64,000 nucleotides of DNA, from assembly GCA_963697895.1 (NCBI GenBank), contig OY969100.1, positions 576,001 to 640,000 of the forward strand. Direction: 5' to 3'. Source of the DNA: an uncultured Methanomicrobiales archaeon. GTDB taxonomy: Archaea; Halobacteriota; Methanomicrobia; Methanomicrobiales; Methanospirillaceae. This document shows, piece after piece, positions 41,872 through 52,766 of this stretch; position 1 is the first letter of the stretch; each line of letters begins with the position of its first letter. Below the pieces are notes generated by a model, which was given only the letters and a program-made list of their open reading frames with translations, was not told where the DNA came from and did no database searches. Position numbers and translations under genes: made by a program.

Positions 41872-42762
41872 TTATCTCCTTACCATCATATTTCTGAGCC
41901 TGATCCCGTTAACGAGCAGCATAAGCCCCACTAAAAAGGCGATAACGCCAACAACTACCGTGAGCGCTTTCAATATACCGATCGGATTGAAGATTATGAG
42001 GACCCCGAGCACCAGCGAAATGATCGCAATGATGAGCCTGCTGGGAAAGCCCTCAGGAATTGCCCCACGACCTTTTTTTGCCCGGCCAAGCAGAACGATG
42101 GCACTTGCAAACATCCATACCGCGAGTATCGCGAGGATTACCGCCATCCACAGGACCAGGGGCAGGTAAAATGCGATAATTCCGACAACAATGATCCCGA
42201 TTCCCCGGTAAAAGGTATTACCGGGAAGCACCCTGAAGGGATGAAACGCTATCCCGTTCCATGTGATGATGATCCCGAGGCCGAGAATTGCCAGGGGAAT
42301 CAGGAGCTGTACGATGCCTTTAAACGTAAGCAAGGGGTTTAAGACAATAAATATCCCGAAAAGCAGAAGCAGAACCCCGACGAGGACCTGTTCTTTCCAG
42401 GACTTTTTCTGACCATCCAGGATCTCCTCTTCTTCACCCGTTTTTTTCCGGGTACCTGCTATCAGGGTAACCACGGTATCCCCGATCATGAGGAGGAGGG
42501 GGGCATCGTTGACGAGATGAAGGTAGGGGTGGACCTTCGGGTCATGGTTATCGCGGTGGACATGCCATTCTGTCTTCTGTTCGTGGGCATGGTACTGTCC
42601 CTTTCGGTAACTGGCGATGGTTCCCGGTGTGGGAACGTTGATCGGGGATTTCACCCAACCGGTGTCCAGGGGCTCAGTAACCGATTCTTTCGGCACGATC
42701 ACCTCCCATACCCCCTCATGAAGCGGGCCGAGGAATTCGTCCAATGTAGTTACGATCTGCAC
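41872..42762 (-). CDS. HdeD/DUF308-like membrane protein with a His-rich soluble N-terminal domain
   Basis: About 6 TM helices with repeated LLFG...NP pattern; N-terminal YHAH..WHVHRD.HDP..HP..HL. Confidence 0.72.
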   Translation of the reverse strand: MQIVTTLDEFLGPLHEGVWEVIVPKESVTEPLDTGWVKSPINVPTPGTIASYRKGQYHAHEQKTEWHVHRDNHDPKVHPYLHLVNDAPLLLMIGDTVVTLIAGTRKKTGEEEEILDGQKKSWKEQVLVGVLLLLFGIFIVLNPLLTFKGIVQLLIPLAILGLGIIITWNGIAFHPFRVLPGNTFYRGIGIIVVGIIAFYLPLVLWMAVILAILAVWMFASAIVLLGRAKKGRGAIPEGFPSRLIIAIISLVLGVLIIFNPIGILKALTVVVGVIAFLVGLMLLVNGIRLRNMMVRR

Positions 42763-43005
42763 CTTCCTGTCGTTATTCAGTAAGAGATTGTCCCTGGATT
42801 AATACCTCATCCATGATCGGATCCTGGGGAGATTTCAGTAAACTCTATTTTCTTTATAATGTGGCGTTGTGAGATAATTTATCCCTGATGAGTTCAATCG
42901 GGAGTGAATGAAAGGATTAAGTGAAGAGATGAATGCGAAGAATGTGGTTTTGGTGCATGGGGCGAGGGCAGCATATATCGACCGAAAGCGTGGTGGGGGT
43001 TTAAT

Positions 43006-43312
43006 GATCTTAGTAAGGTGCAGTCCCATGCCGTTTCAGGAAGTTACGGATCTCCGCGTCAATCTGCCCAAAAAGTCGCCCTGCCCATGCGATTCAGGGG
43101 CCGGATCTTTTATTGGATGGTTTCCGATATCCCAGATTTTGCCCAGGAGCTGGAGGGGCGCTGTTAAGCACCTTTTTTCCCGATAATTCTCGTTTTTTTC
43201 TGATAAAGAGTGGGTTATATCGATAATTTTGGACGCGGTGTTCAGGATTTATTTTGTAGCAGGATGACGATCCCGGTTTTATGGGGAAATACGCATAAAA
43301 TGGGGTTATTTT
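43006..43312. repeat. ~300-bp dispersed non-coding element, copy 2
   Basis: GGATGG 43115, GATATC 43126, AAGCAC 43166, GGTTATATCGAT 43213, GTGTTCAGG 43238, GGGGTTATTT 43302. Confidence 0.9.
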
Positions 43313-43541
43313 TGGACAAAGGGAGGGAGATTAACTGGGATCCAAGAAGAATTGTCCTTCTCATCACGATAAATGTGAATTAAGGAGATACATTATTCCC
43401 CATAAAATCTCCCCACGTGATGAATCCTACCAAAAATCCAATACCATGATCTGCCCGCCAGGGAGCAAGAAAATGAGTCGGGGACTATCGGATATATATG
43501 GCGGGCCTTAAAAAAATACACGGAAAATGATCGTTTGGCAC

Positions 43542-43934
43542 TCATCCCTCCTTTTTCATCGGTCCCCCATGGATCCGTACCAGATACATGCCGATTCCCA
43601 CCGGTATCAAGAATGTCAGGGCATAGTACACGAACACATCGGGGCCGTAATAGGTAGTCTGGAACAGGCGGACAATGAACAGGTAGTCGAGCACAACCGC
43701 GATCACAGTCCATGCCAGCCCGACTATTGCGTAATAGGTGAGGGGAAGGTTCCGTGCCCGAAACCACCACCAGGTAATCGCAATCGTGAATGGAGTGAAG
43801 ACGGCAGTGATGATCCAGCCCATGTTGCTCGCAAAAGGCGATAAGAACAGAAGAATCGATGCAAGGTACCCGAACGCCCAGAACAAAATGCCAAGCCCCA
43901 CTGTGTCTTTGATCCACTCCTTCATGCGAAACAT
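43542..43934 (-). CDS. small 4-TM membrane protein
   Basis: Four hydrophobic helices; WTVIAVVLDYLFIV..YY..DVFVYY. Confidence 0.75.
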   Translation of the reverse strand: MFRMKEWIKDTVGLGILFWAFGYLASILLFLSPFASNMGWIITAVFTPFTIAITWWWFRARNLPLTYYAIVGLAWTVIAVVLDYLFIVRLFQTTYYGPDVFVYYALTFLIPVGIGMYLVRIHGGPMKKEG

Positions 43935-44226
43935 CTTCGCCGTTTACCCTGTTATGATTTATGGAGAGGGATCAGAGGATGTCCTCATGACCTGTTTTCA
44001 AAATAAAGAACACTTGCATTATTCCCGCGATCTTTGTAAATCTCACCCATGAATCGGGCTTTGATTATTTTTTTCGATCTATCCTGATGGCGTCTGAACA
44101 TTATAAAAAAAAAGATTGCATCCTTTTTCTCAGGAGTCACCTGTTCGCATCGCGATCCTTGCTTCCGGATCAGGAGACTGACCGCCGGGTCTGTCCCCAC
44201 GCTGAACGGATTTCTCCGGCATGGGT

Positions 44227-45435
44227 TTACTCGTGCCGTAAGGCATCGATGGGGTTTAAGTTTGCCGCCTGCCATGCCGGGTATATCCCGCAGGCGAGAC
44301 AGATGAGGATCCCGAAGACAATCCCTTCCACAACCGGGAGCATACTTGAAACGGTGAACAGGAACCTGGTCGTGTCGAGCAGCAGGGCACTGATGGCATA
44401 TCCTGCAAGGATGCTTAAGCCTCCCCCGATTATGCCCCCGACGACCCCGATGATTGCGGCTTCGTAGATGAACATGCTCATCACTCCCTTCTTCCGGGTG
44501 CCGATGCTCCGCATGATGCCGATCTCCTTGATCCGTTCATTTACCGACATCATCATGACATTGAAGATTGATACCCCGGCGACAAGCATCGAGATTCCCC
44601 CGATAGCGGTCACAAATGTCGTGATGGTGCCGAACGTTTCATAGATGGTTGCGAGTGTCGCCTTGCTGTCGGTGACGGTCACCGTTTTTTCCCGGGGATT
44701 TCGGTTGAGCTGTTCCTCGATGGCCGTTTTTACATCGGCCGTATCGCCGGTTTTAACTTTCACCACTACTTCGTCAAACGCGTTGTTCCGGTCGTAGGTG
44801 GTCTCGAACCAGTTCTCGGTCACGACAACGGCATTATCGGTACTGACATCGAAACTCATCCCCCGCTCCTCGATGATACCGGTAACCCGGAGGGTACCTT
44901 TTTCGCCATTGATGCCGATCGAAATCCGCGATCCAACCTTGATATTATGATCGCTGGCAAAGGTGGATCCCACCAGGCAGCCGGATTCCCCGTTGTTGTA
45001 GTCCCCGGCCGAAAGTTTCAGCAGGTCGGGAACATTCTCCGGAGGAAGACCATAGATCACCGCCACGATGTCGTCGCCGTTGACCCCCACTTTCATATGT
45101 TCCGCAGTCTGGAGCACGGGGATGGCGACATTGGGGGAAACAATCCGTTGGATCTCCTGGTAGTCCTGATCGGAGAGTTTCATGGATGTGACGCCCCCGG
45201 AGCCTCCGCCGGGCGGTCCCATGCCGCCGGACCCGCTCCCGCTGTAGGGCGTGACGATCACGCTGTCCCCGACTGAAGAGAGGCTGTCTGAAACCGTCAA
45301 TACCACGCTGTTTCCAAGGATTCCCATCGACGCGATCGCGACGACACCGATCACGATACCGAGCATCGCAAGCGACGAGCGTAACATATGAAGGCGGATA
45401 TTCCGTTTCGAGATCTCCCAGAATATCGTGCTCAT
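44227..45435 (-). CDS. ABC transporter permease (MacB/FtsX family)
   Basis: RSSLAMLGIVIGV, SVNERIKEIGIMRSIG, YPAWQAANLNPIDALRHE. Confidence 0.93.
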   Translation of the reverse strand: MSTIFWEISKRNIRLHMLRSSLAMLGIVIGVVAIASMGILGNSVVLTVSDSLSSVGDSVIVTPYSGSGSGGMGPPGGGSGGVTSMKLSDQDYQEIQRIVSPNVAIPVLQTAEHMKVGVNGDDIVAVIYGLPPENVPDLLKLSAGDYNNGESGCLVGSTFASDHNIKVGSRISIGINGEKGTLRVTGIIEERGMSFDVSTDNAVVVTENWFETTYDRNNAFDEVVVKVKTGDTADVKTAIEEQLNRNPREKTVTVTDSKATLATIYETFGTITTFVTAIGGISMLVAGVSIFNVMMMSVNERIKEIGIMRSIGTRKKGVMSMFIYEAAIIGVVGGIIGGGLSILAGYAISALLLDTTRFLFTVSSMLPVVEGIVFGILICLACGIYPAWQAANLNPIDALRHE

Positions 45436-46103
45436 GACGCAATTCTCCCATCCACGATCCGGATGATCCGGTCGGTATATTCGGCGACCTCCGGATCGTG
45501 CGTGACGATGATGATCGTCGAGCCTTTTTTATTCAGGTCGGTCATGAGCTGCATGATACTCTTCCCGGTTTTGGAATCGAGGTTTCCTGTCGGTTCGTCA
45601 CAGAGCAGGATGTCGGGACTGTTGATGAGTGCCCGTGCAATCGCGACGCGCTGCTGCTGCCCGCCGGAAAGCTCGAGGGACGTATGGGTATAGAGCTGTT
45701 CTTCCAGCTGGACCGCCCTTAGCACTTCCTTCGCCTTTTTGGGATCTACGACCGTTCCGGATTTCAGCATCAGGGGAAAATTTACATTTTCAATCACGTT
45801 CAAGAGCGGAAACAGGTTGAAATACTGGAATACAAACCCGATCCGGTCTCTCCGGAGATCGGCGAGCTGGTCGTCGGACAGGTCGCGGATCCTGCTCCCG
45901 CTGATGAAAATCTCACCGGAGGTCGGGATGTCAAGGCACCCCATAAGGTTTAACAGGGTGGACTTCCCGGAACCGGATGGGCCCATGATTGCGATGAACT
46001 CGCCCCGCTCAACCTCAAACGAGATCTGATCCAGTGCGATCACATCTCCTGACCGGAGCGGGTAGATCTTCGCGACATCGGAGAACTGGATGACCGGTTG
46101 CAT
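45432..46103 (-). CDS. ABC transporter ATP-binding protein (LolD/MacB type)
   Basis: GPSGSGKS, LSGGQQQRVAIARA, CDEPTGNLD, VTHD. Confidence 0.95.
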   Translation of the reverse strand: MQPVIQFSDVAKIYPLRSGDVIALDQISFEVERGEFIAIMGPSGSGKSTLLNLMGCLDIPTSGEIFISGSRIRDLSDDQLADLRRDRIGFVFQYFNLFPLLNVIENVNFPLMLKSGTVVDPKKAKEVLRAVQLEEQLYTHTSLELSGGQQQRVAIARALINSPDILLCDEPTGNLDSKTGKSIMQLMTDLNKKGSTIIIVTHDPEVAEYTDRIIRIVDGRIAS

Positions 46104-46114
46104 ACTACCCTCCC

Positions 46115-47371
46115 TTACCGGTTCTTCCGTTTCTTCACGTACAGGTACCCGCCGCCTGCAAGGGCAGTGATGATGACAATGCCGCCGATCACCGGCAGAA
46201 TGCCCAGCTGTGCAGTATCCTGCGTTGCAGTGCTCGCTCCGGCGAGGCTTACCGGTTGCTGGGATGTGATCACGTTCCCATCTTTGTCCTTGTAGGAGAG
46301 CTGGAGGGGTACACTTGTGGTACCGTTATCTGTGGAAAATGTTACCTCGAAGCTGCCAAAGTCATCCGGTTTGAGCGCACCGATGATGTAACTCCGGAAC
46401 GGGTCCAGTGGAACCGCCGGAGAAAGGGAGGTGACCGAGACACCATTTGCGGTTACCAGGCCGGCATTCGTGATATCACCGGTAACGTGGTATATCCCGT
46501 TCTCTGTGGTGACTTTGATATTGGTGATCACCAGGTTCGCTTCCTTTTTATCGACCACGAACGTGACCGGCAGGGAGGTGCTCACGGTATGGACATTGTC
46601 TCCGTTATTGTAATTCACCTTCAGCGTCAGAGTCGTCGGTTGATCCGGAATAACCGTAAAGTTCACCGTAGTACTTTCGCCGGGTGCAAGTTTGCCGATA
46701 AAGTTCTTTACCGGCATGATGGTTGCATCGGTGCCGGAGACCTCAAGAATCACATTGTTCACCTCGTTCGTGCGGGGATTGGCAATCTGGACAGAGATGG
46801 TATCTTTGCTTCCCGGTGAAAATGTGTCCGGCTGGCCGGTTACGGTCAGCATAAGGGGAGTGTTGTCCACGTGAACATCCGCCTGCTGCCAGAGACTCAA
46901 TGTCCCGAAATTGGACAGGGAAAATGTCGGGTAGTATACCCCGTCTATGCCGTTCGCAATCACCGAAAAGGTATACGAACGTGTCTGCAGCGGCCCGATA
47001 ACAGAGGAAGCATCATATGTACCGCTGGTACGCTGGATGTTGTTGTCGCCGAATGATGCATGGTTGACCGATACCGTCTGATTATTATTCCCGTTCGTGA
47101 CGCAGGCGGTAACGGTACCCTTGTCACCGGTGAAAAAGACTGCAGGATTATAGGTAATACTGGAGACGTAGACATTCATCCCGGCAGGAGTAGCGGTCAC
47201 TGTTTCCGCGTACACTGACGTGACACAGAGGCTGATACCGAGGAGGAGAGCGAGGACCAGGATTAACCTTTGGACGTTCTTTCTGGTTCCCGGGGTAATC
47301 GGATCTCCTCGTTTTGTTTTCCGATTGACCGGTTTATTCTCTGTACCGGTCACGATTTCTCGTAGTTGCAT
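46115..47371 (-). CDS. COG1361-like S-layer/CARDB family protein
   Basis: Signal/TM segment, beta-sandwich repeats, IGALKPDDFGSFEVTF, C-terminal TM-KKRK; start uncertain. Confidence 0.8.
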   Translation of the reverse strand: MQLREIVTGTENKPVNRKTKRGDPITPGTRKNVQRLILVLALLLGISLCVTSVYAETVTATPAGMNVYVSSITYNPAVFFTGDKGTVTACVTNGNNNQTVSVNHASFGDNNIQRTSGTYDASSVIGPLQTRSYTFSVIANGIDGVYYPTFSLSNFGTLSLWQQADVHVDNTPLMLTVTGQPDTFSPGSKDTISVQIANPRTNEVNNVILEVSGTDATIMPVKNFIGKLAPGESTTVNFTVIPDQPTTLTLKVNYNNGDNVHTVSTSLPVTFVVDKKEANLVITNIKVTTENGIYHVTGDITNAGLVTANGVSVTSLSPAVPLDPFRSYIIGALKPDDFGSFEVTFSTDNGTTSVPLQLSYKDKDGNVITSQQPVSLAGASTATQDTAQLGILPVIGGIVIITALAGGGYLYVKKRKNR

Positions 47372-47501
47372 CCTGTTCTTTCTCCGGATTTTTGTTGTAA
47401 AAATATTTACAACAGATATCCCAAACCTATTCGATACGTGAACAATTAAATATATTTGTTGAGGTAGTAAATATTTTAACAACTGAAATAGATAATTAAT
47501 T

Positions 47502-48326
47502 ATGCAACATATTCCCGGAGCACTCATCGTCTCTCTTACCGATCTGGGATTATCGAATTACGAGGCACGCACGTACGCCGCCCTCGTCCTTTTCGACGCA
47601 ACAGAGGTAAAAGAACTGGTTGATTTTCTCGGGATCTCCAAACCCAGCGTCTATGAAAGTCTTGACAGGCTTACGGAAATGGGCCTTGCGGTAAAGAGAA
47701 ATTCAAAACCCGCAATGTACAGCCCGATACAGCCGGAAATAGCGATTAAAATCCTGATGGAACGCCACACGAACTCCGCGGAGATCGCCCGAAGCGAACT
47801 CAGCAAACTGGAGCAGGAAAAGATTCACACGGATCGTTCCGATGCAGTCTGGACCGTATACGGGGATTCAAATATCAATCATAAAATACAGTCCATGATC
47901 CGCAATGCCCGGCATAGTATTGAATGCACCATGGCTGAGCGATACCTGCCGTTGCTGGAAGGGGTCAGGCTCAAAAAGATCGACCTGAAGCTGACTGTCC
48001 TTTCGGAAGACCCTGATCTGATCGATACGCTGAAACAACAGTTCCCTGGCAAGAACCGGGTTATTACCGTTCGTTCTATAAAAACAATCCTGGAACACCT
48101 CCCCCGCTATCCCGGGATCGGCGATATCGGGAATTTCATCAAACTGGAAAATATCCTGGAACTGATCGTCGACGATGAAGAACTTCTCTCCATACCCCCG
48201 ATTCCTTCCATCCATATGATGGGCATGAACACCTCGAATAAAGCGCTGATCCTGCATTCACAAGCGATGAGCAGAGGGTTCTGGGCGATGACATTACAGT
48301 CGGGGGACCCTGACAAACAGAAATAA
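47502..48326 (+). CDS. TrmB-family transcriptional regulator
   Basis: LGLSNYEARTYAAL, ISKPSVYESLDRL, LIVDDEE; divergent from the ABC operon. Confidence 0.9.
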   Translation: MQHIPGALIVSLTDLGLSNYEARTYAALVLFDATEVKELVDFLGISKPSVYESLDRLTEMGLAVKRNSKPAMYSPIQPEIAIKILMERHTNSAEIARSELSKLEQEKIHTDRSDAVWTVYGDSNINHKIQSMIRNARHSIECTMAERYLPLLEGVRLKKIDLKLTVLSEDPDLIDTLKQQFPGKNRVITVRSIKTILEHLPRYPGIGDIGNFIKLENILELIVDDEELLSIPPIPSIHMMGMNTSNKALILHSQAMSRGFWAMTLQSGDPDKQK

Positions 48327-48505
48327 GATCCGCACCGGACCAGGCCGCTGCGATGCAGCTGAGGGATCATTGCCGGTTTCCATTTTTTTCTGGCAATTGT
48401 TGCAGTCCATCCGCATCTGCTCCGATGAATATATCCGACTGGCACAGTATCCCCGATGCCAATTATGATCGGGATATCACCGCATTTTTGGGAGAGAACC
48501 CCAAA

Positions 48506-48802
48506 GAAGATCCTTCTCCATCCTGTGTCAGGAAACCTCGTATATTACCGAATTCGGCCCAAAAAGAAGCCCCGGCCCTGATGTTTGGGGGGCGGATCTT
48601 TTCCGGGATGGTTGCTGATATCCATCATTTTACCCGTGTGCCGGAGAGGCGCTGTTAAGCACCCTTTTAATGCGTAATTCTCACTCTTATTTTCGAAAGA
48701 GCAGATTATATCGATAATTTCAGAGGCGGTGTTCAGGATTTAGTTCGGAGGGGAATGGCGATGCCTGTTTCATGGAGAAATATGCTCAAACAGGGATTAT
48801 CT
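48506..48802. repeat. ~300-bp dispersed non-coding element, copy 3 (behind histone 2)
   Basis: GAAGATCC 48506, GGATGG 48606, GATATC 48617, AAGCAC 48657, GATTATATCGAT 48704, GTGTTCAGG 48729. Confidence 0.9.
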
Positions 48803-48843
48803 GGGGATGTTTAAAAGTACAGAAAGGAAAAAAAGAGATCGAT

Positions 48844-49050
48844 TCAGGCGGACTTTGCCGCGAGCTCGACATCCTCTTCCTTGATCGTCTTTCGTCCTGC
48901 ATGCATTGCAAGTTTATTGGCCCCTTTGGCCAGGTTTGCAATGTAGTCTTCTGCTTTCGATACCAGTGCAACAGCCGCTTCGCTTCCGACGCGTTCTGCA
49001 CCACTTTTCTTTGCAATTCGTACAACTGCAGCAATAGGTAATTCTGCCAC
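48844..49050 (-). CDS. archaeal histone (HMfA/B family), paralog 2
   Basis: MAELPIAAVVRIAKKSGAERVG...LAMHAGRKTIKEEDVELA; 55/68 residues identical to paralog 1. Confidence 0.96.
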   Translation of the reverse strand: MAELPIAAVVRIAKKSGAERVGSEAAVALVSKAEDYIANLAKGANKLAMHAGRKTIKEEDVELAAKSA

Positions 49051-49612
49051 CTTGATTACCTCAACAAATAGTTATTTAAAGAGTATTTATAACTTCCTGT
49101 CAAAAACGCGTTGGATCCGGCCGAAACACGAGTGATTTGCACCTATACCGGAATGCTGCCTGTTCGATTGAATTATTTTATTTTCATACACTCAGCAACG
49201 AGGGAGGATAGAAAGCCTGTATTATGCGGTTTTTCGCATTGTATCGGTTGACTTCCCGGACCGGGCAGAGAGACGAGACCCGGGAACATCCTGAACTGAT
49301 ACATGCACAACAGGCAGATTCGTTCATTGTCACCCACTCGCTGCAGCCTTCCGGGATTGGGAATACTCGCTGCCTGAACCAGTAAATAGTCCGCCTCCCG
49401 CGACAGAGTCGTTACCCCCTATAAATACGTGATGAAACGAATTCCCGGAAGGTCGGAATCGGTATTAAACCAGGATTTTATCCGGCCGAAGAAGAACCAC
49501 CATGACATCACATACCATCCTGTTCCACTCTCGAAGAACAATCAAGGGTTAAACGAGAACAGTATTAAGATCATCACGTGTATGGTTTCACAACAGAGAG
49601 CGAACGGGTGAC

Positions 49613-51148
49613 ATGATGCGGGCGGATTTCTGGTTCATTTTATGCATTTTCGTAACGATTTTTACCCTCGCATGCGGGTGTCTTTCGACCAACCAGGAAA
49701 TAATAGCAGAACAGGTCGGGGTTACACCGGCACCGTTAACAGACGCAGGGCTGCAGATCATTACCGAAGAGTTCCCCCCATTCAGCTATGCAGATGCGAA
49801 CGGGCAGGCAGCCGGGCAGGCGACCGACGTTGTCAACGGGATCCTTACCCGTCTGAACCAGTCGGCTGAAATCGGGATCCTCCCCTGGAGCGAGGGGTAC
49901 AGCCGTGCGCTTGCCGGGCCGGACGTGGTACTCTATTCGACCGCCCGAACGGATGAGCGGGAGCACCTCTTCAAATGGGTCGGATCCATCGCATCCTTTG
50001 ATTACATGCTCTACGCAAAAAACGGGTCCGCTCCGCAGATCAACAGCCTGGAGGCAGCGAAAAAGGTCGGGAAGATCGGGGTCGTGAAAGATGACGCCCG
50101 TTATCAGTTCCTCCTGCAAAACCGGTTCGATAATATCGTTACCTGCGAAACGGATACGGAATGCCTCCGTGATCTCCTCGCGGGTAACACCGATCTCTGG
50201 CTGGGCAGTACGGCAAATGCGGCAACCATTGCAGAAAAAGCGGGGATCGATCCATCCTCGTTTACGGAAGTCTACCCGGTCAGAACCGTTCAGATGTATA
50301 TTGCATTCAGCAATGACACCCCCGATACTATCGTACAGAACTGGCAGGATGCCCTTGATGCAATGAAACGGGACGGGACATTTGATGCAATACGGCAGAA
50401 TTATGGCTTGAGTGCCAGTGCAGGAACGGAAGTACCTGCATCGGCGGGATCTGAAGCCGACCTCGCCCTGTCTGCCATGATTGCAGAAACCGACGGTCGG
50501 TTACAGTCGGTTCTCCGTACGTTCGAAGTGCTGGCCGGAACATCCGAGGTAAAATCCCGGGACTGGCAGAATATCAGACCGCTCCTTGCCATCTATGAAC
50601 AACATGAGCCGGATTCCCGGGTATGGTACGCGATGCCGAACGGTTCATATTACACGGTTGTCGACGGGTTGACAACGGGCAACCTCATGAGCAGATCCTA
50701 TTTCCCTGCCGTGCTTGCCGGCAATGAATCGGTCGGGACGGTCGTCGTGAGCCTCTCAACGGGCAGGAATGCCGCCGTTGTTGCCGTCCCGGTGAAGGAC
50801 CACCAGGATACGGTCACCGGGGTACTGGGAGCATCGGTTTACCTCGATACGCTGACGCAGACCCTCCGGGACGAAGTGCCGGACCCCTTTATCTTTTATG
50901 CGATCGATAAAGAAGGTAAATTCGCCATTCATTCAGATATGGGCCAGATATCCAGGGACATCGCAACGATCGATACCGGCTCATCCTATGGGCAGGCTCT
51001 CCAACAGATCCGTACGGAAGACCGTGGCGAAGTGACGTATGAGGATGCGGGGGTCCAATATCAAGCACGTTTCCGCACATCACCGCTGACCGGGTGGCGG
51101 TTTGTTGTTGCATGGCCGCAGGTCGGCAACGAAACGGGAGCGGGCTAG
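49613..51148 (+). CDS. lipoprotein: family-3 substrate-binding domain fused to a Cache domain
   Basis: LACGC lipobox; TEEFPPFSY, ILPW, ARTDEREHLFKWVG; C-terminal RSYF..VLAG, VVAVPV, GVLGASV, TGWRFVV. Confidence 0.82.
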   Translation: MMRADFWFILCIFVTIFTLACGCLSTNQEIIAEQVGVTPAPLTDAGLQIITEEFPPFSYADANGQAAGQATDVVNGILTRLNQSAEIGILPWSEGYSRALAGPDVVLYSTARTDEREHLFKWVGSIASFDYMLYAKNGSAPQINSLEAAKKVGKIGVVKDDARYQFLLQNRFDNIVTCETDTECLRDLLAGNTDLWLGSTANAATIAEKAGIDPSSFTEVYPVRTVQMYIAFSNDTPDTIVQNWQDALDAMKRDGTFDAIRQNYGLSASAGTEVPASAGSEADLALSAMIAETDGRLQSVLRTFEVLAGTSEVKSRDWQNIRPLLAIYEQHEPDSRVWYAMPNGSYYTVVDGLTTGNLMSRSYFPAVLAGNESVGTVVVSLSTGRNAAVVAVPVKDHQDTVTGVLGASVYLDTLTQTLRDEVPDPFIFYAIDKEGKFAIHSDMGQISRDIATIDTGSSYGQALQQIRTEDRGEVTYEDAGVQYQARFRTSPLTGWRFVVAWPQVGNETGAG

Positions 51149-51200
51149 CAGGGAAATTGATGGGAATAAGATCAAGCGGATGATCCAGGTGGGCGCGGGT

Positions 51201-51243
51201 TCCGTGCAAATGACGTAACGGGATAATCTGTTAACCCGTACAC
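51201..51243. repeat. ~45-bp imperfect direct repeat, left copy (flanks APC permease)
   Basis: TCCGTGCAAATgAcGTAacGGGATAAT--CtGTTAAC matches 52767-52810. Confidence 0.5.
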
Positions 51244-51372
51244 TATTCGGAAGTACATGCCCTCAGGGAGTGGAAGTAGCGACTCTTCCCATGAGTACAT
51301 TCTTTTTCAAGATTTTTTTCTCCGTGAGCGTTGGAAATTTTTTTCCCCATTGTGTTCAAGCTATAGTATCCG

Positions 51373-52534
51373 ATGGAAGAAGGAACATACAGGCAGTCTC
51401 TCGGGCAGGTCGAGCTGGTAAGCCTCGGTATCGGGGGCACCATAGGATCCGGGATCTTCGTTGTGCCAGGCATTGCAGCCGGCATCATGGGACCGGCATC
51501 GCTTATCGCCTGGATTATCGTGGCCATATCTGCCACTCTGGTCATGATCTCCCTTTCCTGGGCCTCGGCAAAGTTCGGCAGGAAAGGAACCTTCTTTGCC
51601 ATATTCAATTCGGTGTTCGGAAGGAATACATCGACCGCCCTCATTCTACTCTACATTGTTTCGGCCATTTTCGGGGTGGCCACTATCGCCGCCGGTATCG
51701 GGCAGTACATTTCATTCTTCGGCATCGGGAACCTCCTGATCATCGAAATCCTGATCATCGCTGCTTTATGCATCATAAACCTCATCGGCATATCCATGTC
51801 CAGCCTTACAGAAAATACCCTGACTCTCCTGAAGATCCTTCCCCTGATTGTCATCACGCTGATCCTCCTCCCGTTCATAAAACCGGAAAATCTTGCCCCC
51901 ACCGTCCCTTTCACCTTTCTTGGCCTGTTTTCGACGATCATTATCGTCTACTGGCCATTTACTGGATTCGAGATCAGTGCGTTACCGGTCGAGGAGATGC
52001 GGGATCCGCGGATGATCGCTAAATCTCTGGGGATCGTCATGATCACCGTTGCCGCGATCTATCTCCTCCTCAACCTTGCCCTTATCGGCAGCGTGGGGAG
52101 TGAGGCTCTCGGAGCCTCACCGGCTCCCATTGCCACGGCGACCGCACTCCTGTTACCGACTTCAGGCTACCTGGTTGCGATCATTGGGATCTTTGCTATG
52201 CTTTCGGCCATGAACGCATACATTATTGCCTCTTCCCGGGTCATGCACAACCTTGCCTCCGAATATCATCTCGGGAGGCTCAGCCGACTGAACATGAAAG
52301 GAACTCCGGGACTGCCGCTCGTGATCTGTGGTATCCTGACCATCGGGATGCTGTTCTTCTCAAACGAATTCAGCACCCTCGCGATCTTATCGGTCATCAC
52401 CATACTGCTGCCCTATATTTTCTTTTGCATCGTTGCCTTCGTCTTATTCCACGAAATGGGGCGGAGACTTGTTTCAGGTATGGGTGCGATTATGACAGAC
52501 TGTGATTCTTATTCTGTTCTTCATATACCACTAA
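51373..52534 (+). CDS. APC-family amino acid permease; probable single-base insertion near the C-terminus
   Basis: GGTIGSGIF, FTGFE, EEMRDP, SSRV. Removing one base near 52497 gives TM end TVILILFFIYH-stop (52534) instead of the odd tail to 52611. Confidence 0.85.
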
Positions 52535-52766
52535 AATTTGCTCCGATGAAAGATATCCAGAATCAGAATTTAAAAATGGGAAATAAATTGATAAGACTGC
52601 ATTTAGTTTGAAAAGAAAACCAGGTGATTTAAAGACTCATTTAATAAAATTGGGTTAACGAAGGAGGATACATAACTTGTGCCTATGACAGGAGGCACCA
52701 AGGACACGACAGAGCGAGTGCATACAATAGGACGCAACAGGTGCAGGATATTCAAACGTGACAATA

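Noticed and set aside
48704-48720. GATTATATCGATAATTT as a Xer dif site or ORB
   Set aside because: It lacks the 11-6-11 dif layout and the ORB G-string; no cdc6 or xerA nearby.
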